A stretch of 64,000 nucleotides of DNA, from contig OZ024743.1 of assembly GCA_964016885.1 (NCBI GenBank), positions 280,488,001 to 280,552,000 on the forward strand. The letters run 5' to 3'. Both the position numbers and the translations under genes were made by a program. Shown one piece after another: positions 1 to 16,577 of the stretch. The notes under the pieces were generated by a model. That model was given only the letters and a program-made list of their open reading frames with translations. It searched no databases and was not told the origin of the DNA. Source of the DNA: Eledone cirrhosa (lineage: Eukaryota). The stretch's first letter is position 1, and each line of letters starts with the position of its first letter.

Positions 1-1000
1 CTACTGCAGTGGATTAAATGTTTCCTGATAAACAGATACCAGTATAATGACTCAAAGTCAGTAGCGGAGTTTCACAAGGCACCGTGCTGGTCTCACTACT
101 CTTCATTATTTACATAAACGACGGTGGATTGGCAGTATTGGTAGAGGGTCGGACGCCATGCTTTGACGTATAGAGTTACGGCCCTTGCTATTCTGAGTTC
201 AAATCCCGCCAAGGTTAACTTTGCCTTTCATCCTTACGGGGTCTATAAAATAAAGTACCAGTAATGCACTGGGTAATTGCTGGCCTTGTTCCTAACGTAG
301 AAACAATTATTTACATAAACGACATTATAAACGCCATCAAGCATAGCAAGATAGGAATTTTCGCAGATGATTCAAAATTCCAGAAGGTAATCAACGGAGT
401 GGGAGACCGGACATGCCTTCAATCGGGTCTGTTCGCTATTATCCAATGGCCGACAAAAAACAATATACTACTAGAGGATTTTAAATTTGAATTAACCCAC
501 TTTCTAAAAAGGGATGCATTGAAGTTACCATATTCTCTTCCGCCAGGTGAAACCCTCGTGGAATTAGACAACACCAGAGATTTTAGAGTAATTGTTGACA
601 ACATAAGCCGTTAAACTCACATAAACAACAAAGCTGGCTTGAACCGCAGGGTGTGTTCGTGGATTCTCAGTACATTCTGGTCTACAGAAATTTATACCAT
701 CATTTAACTCTATTCTACCTTTGCCTGGCCTTACATTAAATACTGTTGCCCACTGTGGTCGCCTCACACAAAACAAAGTATTATGAAAATTGTAGCATCC
801 CAGAGGTCAATTACAAAAACAATGAACGGTATGACAGACTTTGACTATTGAGCTCGACTAAAAAAACTCAAACTCTTTAGCGCTACATCATATGCATGAT
901 GTGCAAAATATTCTATTAATATTGCCCAAATAATGTTGGTATCATTTTTAATATCGACCCAATTCTTGGTATCCGTGCTATCCGCCCACTACAAAAAATC
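1..1000 (+). pseudogene. Decayed CR1/Jockey-group LINE reverse transcriptase 3' fragment, interrupted by a SINE
   Basis: RT remnants across frames: SGVSQGTVL..LFIIYIND, IFADDSK (YADD box), RVIVDN, YCCPLWSP; many frameshifts; right boundary approximate. Confidence 0.7.
123..305 (+). mobile_element. tRNA-derived SINE with 18-bp TSD
   Basis: A-box-like TGGCAGTATTGG, B-box GAGTTCAAATCC, central GCCTTTCATCCTTACGGGGTC..AAAATAAAGTACCAG (resembles the MetaSINE/MESC core as I recall it); TSD ATTATTTACATAAACGAC at 105-122 and 306-323. Confidence 0.9.
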
Positions 1001-1801
1001 GAAAACTACTTTTTATTAGAGTGGGTCACATTGTCCAAAACATAACTAGGCTGTAAACCCATTATCTGAAATACTTCATCGGGCGATGCTATTAAGGTAG
1101 ACTTGGCCTGGGCCAACACAGGCCAAAACATATCAAAGTTATATATATATATATATTGGATACATATAAAAATAAGAAAACTCATCGTTAGAACAGCCGT
1201 TAAAACAGCTAAATGTTGTCAAATACAACCATGGGCAAAAATGCTTCAGAGAACAAGGACCAGCAGCCAGTGGTCAACAGAGAGACAATCTATAAGCAGA
1301 TGAAATATAGAAACGATTGAAAGAGGAGGAGGACAAGGAGAAGTGCACTGGCACACAGAAGTGACTAGAAGAAGGAAATAAAGAAAGGTGATGTACAAGA
1401 CAAGTTTACGCACCCACACATATTCACCCTCATCAGCTCTCAAACCAGCAAAATGGTTTCGCACGATTTAATTGAGAATACCATTTTAAAAAGCTGAAGC
1501 GTGCAACAGTATAATAAGGCTTTCAGTTGGTATAATTTAACATCTACATGGTTGTTCTAGTTGACTGAAAACAGCAGCCAATATTCAGCAAATTTCACAC
1601 TGTTGCCTTGAAAAAGAACGAATTGAGTTATCCAAGATATACTATACTAGCAAAAAATATCAGCATAACTATAGTTGTTATGCCTTTCATCATTGGTATT
1701 TTCGATTAATGCTGACCTGGGACGTAACAAAAACTAAAACGTTATTGTATTTCATGTCTCTGAATATTTTATTCTCTAAAGAAATCAAAGGCTAACGTTT
1801 T

Positions 1802-1823
1802 GTAGCAGCAGCAGCAGCAGCAA

Positions 1824-1887
<64 letters not shown>
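1802..1887. repeat. (AGC)n/(AGT)n trinucleotide microsatellite
   Basis: Direct reading. Confidence 0.95.
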
Positions 1888-2450
1888 TTTTGCTGCTGTT
1901 GTTGAGAAGTAAGTTTCTTTATTCTTATTTAAAATTACTTTTTCGTCTCGGTCATCTATACCATCTAAGTGGATTATGCCGTTGAGAATCAAATGTTTTC
2001 TGGGTAACAATGAAATGTAATTAGCGGGATCTTATTTACCTAATATTTCAATATCTCATTGTTTCTATAACTTGCAAATCAATATCGATCTGTTATGAAT
2101 GTATAAAGATATATCAAAGAGTTACGCTGGGTCATCATTTACGATCGTTTCCTACACGTATATGAGCAATAAACCAATTGTTGTAATGTCAGCAAATTTT
2201 CTATGTTTTAGAAAATTTACATAATTTATCTGTGTTTATATTTATCTTTCTTTATATATAACTTTCATATTAATTATTCATATATCAGGGGCCGTGGAAG
2301 CATTTGTGAATTTGGAGAGGGGGGAGGAGTTGTGTCAATTTAGTTGTAGTGATTAGTTTACCTCTTTGTACGCTAAAATGCTACGAAAACTTCGATTAGC
2401 TTAGAAATCTGGTACAGACAACTTATATATATATATGTATATATATATAT

Positions 2451-2505
2451 ATGTAAGTATGTATGTATACGTACATACATATATGTATACAGACGTACAG
2501 TAGCA

Positions 2506-2561
<56 letters not shown>

Positions 2562-2991
2562 CAGGTACACATACATATATGTACGTATCAGTTTAGCGGA
2601 CGCTTATTATAGCGCCCGCTTTGTTCGTTTGTAAACAAACTGAACAGCCTGAATTTATGCCGTACGGTGTTAAGGCAACCACGTCACCTTTTTGTTCAAC
2701 ACTGACACAGGAACGATGTACTAGTTTCAAGCTTGTTAGCTACAATCAGCACCGTATACCCTTCTGCCAGATGGTTGAACGTTCGAAAGTATATACTTTC
2801 CTTATGAAAATTAACGGCTGAGCAGCCTATTTCGCATATCCAGTGAGTTAAATCGGTCAGGCGTACCGAAAACGATAAGTTGTAATAAAATGAAAACGAA
2901 ATTTCATTTCTCACTCTTAGTACGGCACTTACTTAAATGTAAGTATGTATGTATACGTACATACATATATGTATACAGACGTACAGTAGCA

Positions 2992-3041
<50 letters not shown>

Positions 3042-3070
3042 CAGGTACACATACATATATGTACGTATCA
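2451..3070 (-). mobile_element. Hammerhead-containing non-autonomous repeat (retrozyme/pLTR-like), about 1.3 tandem units
   Basis: 2451-2590 repeats at 2937-3070 (period about 486 bp including TA tract); nearly identical to 47196-47860; mutated hammerhead at 2713-2755. Confidence 0.75.
2713..2755 (-). ncRNA. Type I hammerhead ribozyme, core-mutated copy
   Basis: Minus strand acggtg-CTGATTG-tagctaacaagctt-GAAA-ctag-TA-catcgt; core CTGATGA changed to CTGATTG relative to the 47490 copy. Confidence 0.65.
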
Positions 3071-5071
3071 AGCCCTCAATGCCCATATGGTGATGTGGAC
3101 GAATATAATGCAGCCCAACAAAAGGACTGCCAACAACTTCCAGGCCTGGAACAATGACGTGCCGGCGTTGTATGGGCTTCGAAAAGACCATAAAACGGGC
3201 TGTGACCCTGTCACGGGACCACCAACACGGCCAGTCTGTGGAGCTAACATTGCTAATAACTACAGACTGTCCTACTTCCTCTCCCTGATCATACGCCCCA
3301 TCATTGAAATGTCCCCAGATGTATGTGAGAGCACGGAGGACCTCCTCAGCAGAATCGGCGTGAGTAACCGATCTGGGGACCTAACAAACTGCATATTAGG
3401 CAGTATCCTGTATCCATCTATTGACGTGTCCCTGTATCCATCTATTGACGTGGATTTTGCTGTGGAGAAATGCGTAGAAATGATCAGTGAGAGCAAGCTT
3501 GAGTTCCGTGGGATTGATACCAGTGAGCTGGGACTCCTACTTAAGCTTACCTATAGTAATAGTTACCTAGACACTTATGACCTTAGCAACCTGTGCCCTA
3601 CAAGACCAGCAAGAGGCAGACCACCTACCATTACCTCAATGGCCAAGAAAACCCACACAGATAGATGGAACGGGTGGACCAGAGACATACGGACACCCGA
3701 AAACCACGATGAACTGAAGAAAATGATTGCACATGCGGTAGGGGCCAGCATAAAACTAACCCTTAAGGAACATATGTTCAAATTTAATGGAAAAACATAT
3801 GCCCAAGAGGAAGGAGCAGCCATTGGTGTTAGCATTGCAGGCGACATAGCTAACTTATTCATGGTATGGTGGGACAGTAGACTTAAACTTAAACTTAAAG
3901 AACAATTAGAAGACAGCTTAACCCTGATAATGTACTCCCGCTACGTAGATGATATAAACATCGTAGTTAAGACACCCCCACTAGAGAACAGTCAGAAACT
4001 AGAGAAAAACACAATGGAAAGCATCCAGCAAATAGCAAACTCCATCCACCAGAGCATTAGAGTTACTATAGACTACCCAAGTAAACACCCAACCATCGAT
4101 TACCTGTACTAGACACAGAGCTCTGGTTAGATACCGTTAACAACAAAAAACAAATCCTCCATTCCCATTATGCCAAACCCATGACTTCCAAACATCTGAT
4201 CCACCGAAACTCGGCCATTTCGGACCATACCAAAATCAACATACTGATTGCGGATTTGGTACGGGTGATGAGAAATGTGTCCCGCATGTGCAACCCCGAA
4301 GAACTAGAGAGACACATACAACACTTCATCCACCGTATGCAGTTCTCTGGCTACAATCAGAGAGATAGAATCAGAGTGTATAGAGGAGCCAGAACCAAAT
4401 GAGAAAAAATGGTAAATAATGACATAAATGGGACCTGCCCCTTGTATAGGAGCAAATTTTGGAATAGAATAGAAAGAACTAGGAACAAGGCTAATAGAAT
4501 AAACTCATGGTATGATAGCAATAAATACCAGAGTGTAATGTTCATCGATACAACCCCTAGAGGTGAACTAGCTTACAAATTTAGAAGGGCCCTAAATAAA
4601 CATAAACTCAATATTAAGATAGTAGAAAGACCAGGTACCTCCGTAAAAACACTTATTAGCAAGACATACCCTTATCTAAGACCCTCATGTATAGATAAGA
4701 AATGTGTAACCTGTAAAATAAGCCCCCATATTAACTGTAAAACTAGAAATGTAGTGTATAGCATAAGATGTACTGAAGGACAATGTAGAGACAAAAATAT
4801 AGTGTACATAGGTGAGACAGCTCGTAGCGTAGGGGAACGGATAAATGAACACTGGCGAGACCTTCAAGATAATAAAGAATCATCTGTATTCTACCAACAT
4901 GCTAAGATAGAACACAAGGGTAAATTAGAAAACATAGAAATAAAAATAGAATCTACACACAGAAAAGACGCAATGTTTAGACAAATTACAGAGGCAATAA
5001 ACATAAAAGAATTACAACCAAAATTAAATAGAAAATATGAGTGGAACAGCAACATCACAACTTACAATTAA
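3071..5071 (+). pseudogene. Penelope-like RT/GIY-YIG ORF, disrupted
   Basis: ORF pieces up to 4112, 4181-4402 and 4409-5071; frameshift near 4090 (other frame reads PNHRLPVLDTELW); in-frame TGA at 4400-4402; 24-bp duplication at RT motif A. Confidence 0.88.
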
Positions 5072-5271
5072 GGACAAAATGAAAACACACACACGCATAG
5101 AACAAACAACCAACCAGTAACATGTAAATAAACAAATAGATAAATGAACATAAACACACACAGACACCCGGATGTGGCGCATGCGCAGACTGAGCACACA
5201 ACACACACACAGAAACAAAATGGCGTAGGACAGAATAAAGGAGAGGCACAGAAACAAAGAAAGGAATCCCC

Positions 5272-5316
5272 AGTCACTGAAGAGGTCACAGAGTGTGTGA
5301 CGAAAGGACTATGACT
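5272..5316 (+). ncRNA. Minimal type I hammerhead ribozyme in Penelope 3' region/pLTR
   Basis: Stem I agtca/tgact; CTGAAGA 5277-5283; stem II gtcaca/tgtgac; GAAA 5302-5305; short stem III AG-ga-CT; UA cleavage site 5310-5311. Confidence 0.8.
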
Positions 5317-5517
5317 ATATATAAACAACTATCTGGTTGTGGAACCAACCAACCAGAAATTTATAAATTTGTAAATTTATAAATATATAATAAATTGAAA
5401 GTGAAAGCAACTGGTGCGTGTCTTTCTTATTGGCAACATGGCCCTCCCAAAGTATAACAATATCGGTTTCAACACACGATTTCAGATAAAGAATCTTGCT
5501 AAACAAATTCAGAAACG

Positions 5518-5555
<38 letters not shown>

Positions 5556-5587
5556 CAAAATATTAACAAATGAAAAGTATTCTCTAT

Positions 5588-5650
5588 TCTTTATTATATA
5601 TATTTCAAAGGTACTGTGTTGTTTTTTCAGTACGTCCTCATCACGAAGGT
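5588..5650 (-). ncRNA. Degenerate hammerhead, related to 50930 and 54749 copies
   Basis: Minus strand GTGATGA-(gtactg/cagtac stem)-GAAA-tatata-TA; C3 lost and stem I poorly paired. Confidence 0.4.
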
Positions 5651-5957
5651 AAAACAATTGTTCTCGGTATGGTGAACTAACTGTTCTGTTACCACTTCTA
5701 TATATATATAGATATATGGCCAAAGATTAGTATGGTTCGTTCGTTGATTACTCAATGAATATAATTTTACAATAGATTAGAAGCACTCCACGGGAAGTTT
5801 TCCTGGAGTTTTTAATATCATTGAAAATATTAACAACTCAAAAATATTCTCATAATCAAAATATATACTTTATTATATATATTTCAGTACCTTTGAAATA
5901 TATATAATAAAGTATATAATTTGATTATGAGAATAAATTTCATTTGTTAATATTTTG

Positions 5958-6024
<67 letters not shown>

Positions 6025-6079
6025 TATGTATAGTATGTATCAGCCGTACTAAGAGTGAGAAATGAAATTTCGTTTCATT

Positions 6080-6199
<120 letters not shown>

Positions 6200-6369
6200 T
6201 ACATATACATATATATATAAGTTGTCTGTACCAGATTTCTAAGCTAATCGAAGTTTTCGTTCATTTTATCGTCGGTATGGTGAACTAACTGTTCTGTTAC
6301 CACTTCTACCTAACTCGTTCCATGGTCTGAGTGCTCTACCACTACGGATATTACCTTCCAGTGTTCTAC

Positions 6370-7214
<845 letters not shown>

Positions 7215-7748
7215 AGTGTCAAGAACAGTCAGATAAAATATATCCAATGCTTTACCTCCTTAGTCCGTAGAAATAAACATTCAAACGGAGCTAAGTTTAA
7301 AATGTATCTTTGGAGAAATAACAGATAAATGTCACAGACTTTCCTCTGTAAGGAACAGTCAGATAAAATTTACCTAGTCTTTCCTTTTAGTCCGTAGAAA
7401 TTAACTTGACAAATAATTATAATCAATTAAACAGAGCTAATTCTAAAATGTAAGTTTAAAGAAAAAAATGCATATAAATCTTACCAAAGTTCTTCTAGTC
7501 CCGACTATCGATAGTTTCGCTCGTACTTTGTGGATATGTCCAATCGTGGTATTATCCATGAGACTTCGAGCTTTTCAAGAGACTCCCTCAGTTAGAACTA
7601 AAGTTTCTAAAGTGATCGCCGCCAGTAACGAATTCAAAAGGGGTGAAAAACATCACGTGGCTAGCGTGTTGTAAAGGGTAGGCCGGATGGCAGGTAGATT
7701 CATTGCTAGAAGAAGCAGTTAGTTACCGCCTATAATATATATATATAA

Positions 7749-10548
<2,800 letters not shown>

Positions 10549-11189
10549 TACACAATTATCAAAGTTATGTTCAAATCCTTTTATTGCTGACAATGGTTTC
10601 TTCCAAATTTCGTTTGGAGTCATCGAAGCATTCGCAATGTAACCTCCTATTCAACTGAACAATCATATAGATACATATATATTGATGTTGTGAACAACAG
10701 TTTCGTATTTACAGGGTGGAATGGATGCGAGATATATTATACGAGAATTGTACAATAATTCAAATTAAAATTAAAAGCACAGAGTGGAATACATGCGACA
10801 GACAATACAAGGGAATAGTCTAATAATTAAAGAGGCATTGAGGAAGAATGGAGACACTAGCAATACATATGCAAGCGTGTAGAGAGTGCACATGCGTTAG
10901 TCATATATCTGAAGGAAACAAGCAAAGGTATTAGGTATATATAAATACTGTATGGCAAAGGTATCACATAAAATAACACAGGTATACAAGCATATCAAGC
11001 AAAGGTGTTAGTGTATTAAAATTTATGGTGGATGTAATGTGATGATTGTTTCTCTTACTGGTAATAAGGTAGTAATAAATTACTGACCTTTCCTGTTTAT
11101 AGTTGTTTATAGTATATACATAACTATAAATAGTATCATTATTATTATTATTATTATATATCAATATATATATATATATATATATATAT

Positions 11190-12078
11190 ATGGTACGCAG
11201 CAGGTGCGACGACGCCCTCGGAGAAGCCCTAGACATGGAGGAGGACGAACTGGCCAGCCTGTTCGGTAGGACATTCAGCCCGGGACCTATGGACAACTTC
11301 CAGAAGTCCCTGGCCTGGCAGTGCTACCGAGGGGCTTTACCCGTTCGAGAAAGGCTCTACAGACACGGGCGCCCGGGTAGGGACCCCGCCAAAAAGATCT
11401 GTCCCAGATGCGTGTGCGACGAGGAAACCGTTGCACACGCATTGGTACACTGCTCGGGCGTAGCCGATCTGTGGGGCTATGTCGAACAACTGCTGTCAAG
11501 GGTGGGACCGATCCGGTTGACCACCGAGTCTATTGTAATGATCAAGCCGCCTCCCCCCTTCAAAGATGAAGCAGAGGCGGTGTTTCTGTGCGTAATAGCC
11601 ATGGCGAAAGAGGTTGTATGGTGGACGCGTCTGAAAGGACTGAGGTCAGGCACCTTTCTCTCTGGCCAACAACTGGTCCGTTTCTTCCGATATCATTTCG
11701 GAAGAAGGATCAGGATGGAGAGAGAGGTGCTGCACCCCAGTCGTTTTTATGAAAGGTGGGTGAAAGTGGCGAGAATGGCCCGTGTGAATGGGCCTTCTCT
11801 TTACATAAGCCTGTAGGTGGAAAAGAGGAAGGAACGAGGGAGCACCCCCTCTCTGTGCTCCTGAGGAAAAGGGTTGCACACTTTTTTCGGGGGTGTGTGC
11901 GACCCCCCAAGGCGCCTCCTCTCTATTGAGGATTTTGTTAAAAATTTTATTTTTGTTATATCTTATTTTATTTTTATATTTTGTTATTGCCTCCTCCTTA
12001 TTGAGGACGCCTTTTTGTGTAAACTCCCCCCTTTGTACTTGTCCCACTTTTGATGCCCTAGTGGCAAATAAAAGAAAC
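11190..12078 (+). mobile_element. 5'-truncated Tx1-like LINE, subfamily A (ORF2 C-terminus plus 3'UTR)
   Basis: ORF 11190-11816 closely matches the ORF2 C-terminus at 19375-20001, including CPRC..ETVAHALVHC; ends GCCCTAGTGGCAAATAAAAGAAA; (TA)n on both sides. Confidence 0.92.
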
Positions 12079-12089
12079 TTATATATATA

Positions 12090-12915
<826 letters not shown>

Positions 12916-13000
12916 ATATATGTATACATATGTATGTCAATGTATGTATAGTATATTTGGCAATATACCGTATGTTTGATATATATAATAATGATAATAA

Positions 13001-13156
13001 TAATACAAAGACGATTTATTAAGTCATCATTACGTTTATTGATTGGTGACGCGCGTTTCGCTATTGATACAGATCGAACCTTGAGCTGATCAATAGCGAA
13101 ATGCGCGTAACCAATCAATAAACGTATTGAAGGCTTAACATATCGTCCTTGTATTA
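13001..13156. repeat. Imperfect 156-bp palindrome (foldback/MITE-like)
   Basis: TAATACAAAGACGAT..TACGTTTATTGATTGGT pairs with ACCAATCAATAAACGTA..ATCGTCCTTGTATTA. Confidence 0.85.
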
Positions 13157-13401
13157 CTATATTACATTCTGTCTAGCTCTACACCTCGCCACTTATGTGA
13201 ACCTAAACATTGAGTGCTTACCTGGGTGAACCTACAGTAACTTCATGTTACACACCCTGGATATATATATATACATTTACATATATATATTTACATATAT
13301 GTGTTTATATATATATATATAAATATTTGTGTGGGAGGGGGTATATGTTGTGTGTAATCCTTATCGAGCCCCCTTCGGATTCTAATCTTTACATATATTA
13401 T

Positions 13402-13464
<63 letters not shown>

Positions 13465-13467
<3 letters not shown>

Positions 13468-13565
13468 TCTACTTTTGGCACACAGTGCATTACTGGTACT
13501 TTATTTTATCGACCTCGTAAGGATGAAAGGCAAAGTTAAGCTCGGCGGATTTGAACTCAGAACGC
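13465..13565 (-). mobile_element. SINE fragment (internally deleted)
   Basis: Reverse complement of B-box, core and tail of the 123-305 family. Confidence 0.8.
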
Positions 13566-13608
13566 AAATATATATTAATATATATGTATATATATATATA
13601 TAAAGGTT

Positions 13609-13760
<152 letters not shown>

Positions 13761-14021
13761 GCAACGGGTCACTTTGTGGCTCAATGAAGAGTTAATAAAT
13801 TAAATAATCAGAGCTATATATCATAAAACATGTCTATAGAATCACCAGATAAAATATATTCCTCTCCCAATTAGCATAATTAACCATATAAAAAAAATCG
13901 ATTAGACCAAACTATAAGAATAAATGCTTCTATGAAGAAATCTCCGACAAATAACCGAAAGCAGCCATTCGCGGCAGTTGCGACGGATTATTTATCGGGC
14001 ATTTCGACAGCGTGTATAAAT

Positions 14022-14185
14022 CGTCCAAATATACAGTCAACTAAGCAGAATTAGGTGTAAAATAAACTAGGAGAAAAGTGAACATATTTAGTTACCTCTA
14101 CCATGGTAGAGGTAACTAAATATGTTCACTTTTCTCCTCGTTTATTTTACACCTAATTCTGTTTAGTTGACTGTATATTTGGACG
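14022..14185. repeat. Near-perfect 164-bp palindrome without spacer
   Basis: 82-bp arms centred on CCATGG 14101-14106; two mismatches seen. Confidence 0.95.
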
Positions 14186-14469
14186 GTTATTGTTCCACCC
14201 CCACCCCACCCCTCGCTTATTGAAGTTTGCTAATATAATTCATTTTAATTGACTCATATTGATACAGCAGCTGGAGAATCTAATAACAATGTTATTTTAC
14301 ATTTTAAAATAAATATTATATATGACAAAAAAAGAACATTACAGAAATCCCATATTTACGAACGTACATTATACAATTACCGATTCCCCACCCCCGCTTA
14401 TAAGAATTTAAACAAATGTCCACCCACTGCTTGTTCCAGCCCCTCCTGTTATTTGGCACTCGAGATACT

Positions 14470-14650
14470 ACCAAACTCTCCCCCTCTCTATGCCTATCAC
14501 ACAAAACCCTTCTTTTAATACTCTTCTCTACATCTACTACCACCAAATTTCTCCCTCTCTATATCTACTGCACGGAACTCTCTTCAAATCCCCCTCTCTA
14601 TATTTACTACACGGAACACTCTTACAATCTCCCTCTCTATATCAATTACC
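14470..14650. repeat. Pyrimidine-rich minisatellite (unit roughly 36 bp), resumes at 20245-20720
   Basis: Recurrent CCCCTCTCTATATCTACTACAC units on both sides of Tx1 copy A. Confidence 0.75.
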
Positions 14651-14849
14651 ACTTGATATAGACGTGAATTACTTCGCTCCGGATTTTTACGGATTATTGT
14701 CAAAAAAACTGTGAGTTCATTGCTCAATTTAATAGCATTGTTTAGTTTAACCCCTTGCCTGGGCCGTCAGACTTTGAGTCAACTAATTTTCGCCCCTTTC
14801 TGGGGCGAAATTTTCATTTTCATCTCAAAACTGTGTAGACTTGGTAGCA

Positions 14850-16539
14850 ATGGATGCCATTTCCACCTCGCACACTGTCGTGAGTGCCACGCCCATTAAG
14901 AAAAGTGGTGGAGGGAAGGTAGGAGTACAAAGCTTGCAGCCTTCCCCCCTCGCATTATCGAAAAACGTTGAAAATATTGAAACCACGAAACCAAACCCGG
15001 TAAATAATACCAGCACCAACAACAAGAACAATGACAATAACACCACAACCAACAACTGCAACAATAGCAACACCAAGGAAAACATGAACAATATTACCAA
15101 CAGTGACAGCAACAAAAAAGACAACACCAAAACAACATTCGCACAGACTGTAAAAAAAAACGAACTATACACGCCAAGAGACATAACAATTGCTAAACAA
15201 CTATTACAAGACGCAAAACAATTCGTGACGTTTGGCGAAAACGGTGCTTTTAGCATCAATTCTCCACAGGAACTACGTAGAGAAGCTGTCCTTAAAACTG
15301 TGGTTTTCAGGACAATATCGAACGAGACAAGAAAACCAGCTCAATTATCACAAAATGAAATTGAGCTGGTTCTAAAAGATGCAATGAAGGACTTAAACTT
15401 CATACAAAAAGGTAAACTGTTTGGTAGCATTTCGGTGCTAATGAACAATCAGTCAACAGCACAAAAGTACTCGGTATCACCCATTGTGTCCCCCCACTTC
15501 ACCTTTTTCCCCACATACAGGGGGGAAAAGGACACAAAGAATAAAAATAATGAGTATCACACCAAATGTAAATATTTGGTGGATACTATGTGGAATCATT
15601 GACTATGACGAAGACAAGATAATTTCAATAGGAAAGTCCTCCAGAGGTGTATTTGGTGGGACCAGCGTAGAAGTTCTGGTGCAAAGGAGCCCAGAACGAA
15701 TAGCGAATATCCCACAACGCATGCCTCTGGACGGGCTAACTTATAGAAACATTTCAGTGGGGGGAAGGCGGCCGTCATGTTACCACTGCTTAAGCAGGGG
15801 TCGCCTGGGGGCTGCCTGTCCTCAATTAACGAGTCAAAAAAAAAGGCTCTTCTGCCAACCCCGAACACAACAACACAGCCACCACCACCACCACCACAAC
15901 AACAACAACAACAACAACAACAACCACAACAACACGGAAAAATAACAACACAAAACACTGTTCCACCCAACCCCTCCCCACCTAAAACAAATACAAAAGC
16001 AACCACAACAAAACCCCAAAATATACCCCTCCCCAACAACACGGAAGAGGACTCCGTATCAACGTCACCCAGTGACGACGAGGGAGAAGCCTTTCAACAG
16101 GTGAAAAGGAAAAAGAAAGGCACCACATTAACAAAACTGCCACAAACACACAACCACCATCACAAACAGAACAAACATCACAAATAAAAAAACTCACCCC
16201 TCCCTAAAACATAACACGTACTACAAAACGCAAACACGCACAAGAACAACAAACAAAAACAATACACAACGCAACAAAAACTCTATACATACATTAACAA
16301 GAACAATAAAACGTTGATGAAAACAGTAGAAAATAACCCTTCGGTGGAAACCACTTAACAGCACCAAACCACTTAACAGCGTCCTATTGAGATGTTTCCC
16401 CACCCCCACACCAGACACCCACACCCCACCAAACACCCTAATCCCACCACACACTGATGTCCTCACCCCACCAAACACCCCTTCCAACACCCCCATGTAA
16501 ATTGTGCAACCTGGTCCCAGGAGACGAATAGGTAAGTAA
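14850..16539 (+). pseudogene. Tx1 ORF1 (zinc-knuckle nucleic acid chaperone), frameshifted
   Basis: ORF pieces 14841-15602, 15484-15945 and 15777-16187; degenerate knuckle CYHCLSRGRLGAAC; ends GGTAAGTAA like copies B and C. Confidence 0.8.
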
Positions 16540-16577
16540 TTTCCTTTCCTCTTCCTTTTTAACTCTTCAGCACCAAC

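Larger units (their letters stand above)
3071..5519 (+). mobile_element. 5'-truncated Penelope-like retroelement (RT plus C-terminal GIY-YIG endonuclease)
   Basis: RT motifs TRPVCGA, LYPSID, QEEGAAIG, YSRYVDD; Cys-rich linker and NVVYSIRC..YIGET..R.NEH GIY-YIG; hammerhead in 3' noncoding part; ends at (TA)n. Confidence 0.9.

Noticed and set aside
123-210. tRNA gene
   Set aside because: A and B boxes are present, but there is no full cloverleaf, and it is fused to a SINE core and tail with a TSD.
4400-4402. In-frame TGA in the Penelope ORF as possible selenocysteine (as in Naiad PLEs)
   Set aside because: This element has a C-terminal GIY-YIG, also carries a frameshift and a damaged RT motif, the codon is not at an evident Cys position, and I see no SECIS; a nonsense mutation is simpler.
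14470-14650. CRISPR-like repeat-spacer array
   Set aside because: Degenerate minisatellite without unique spacers, eukaryotic context, no cas genes.
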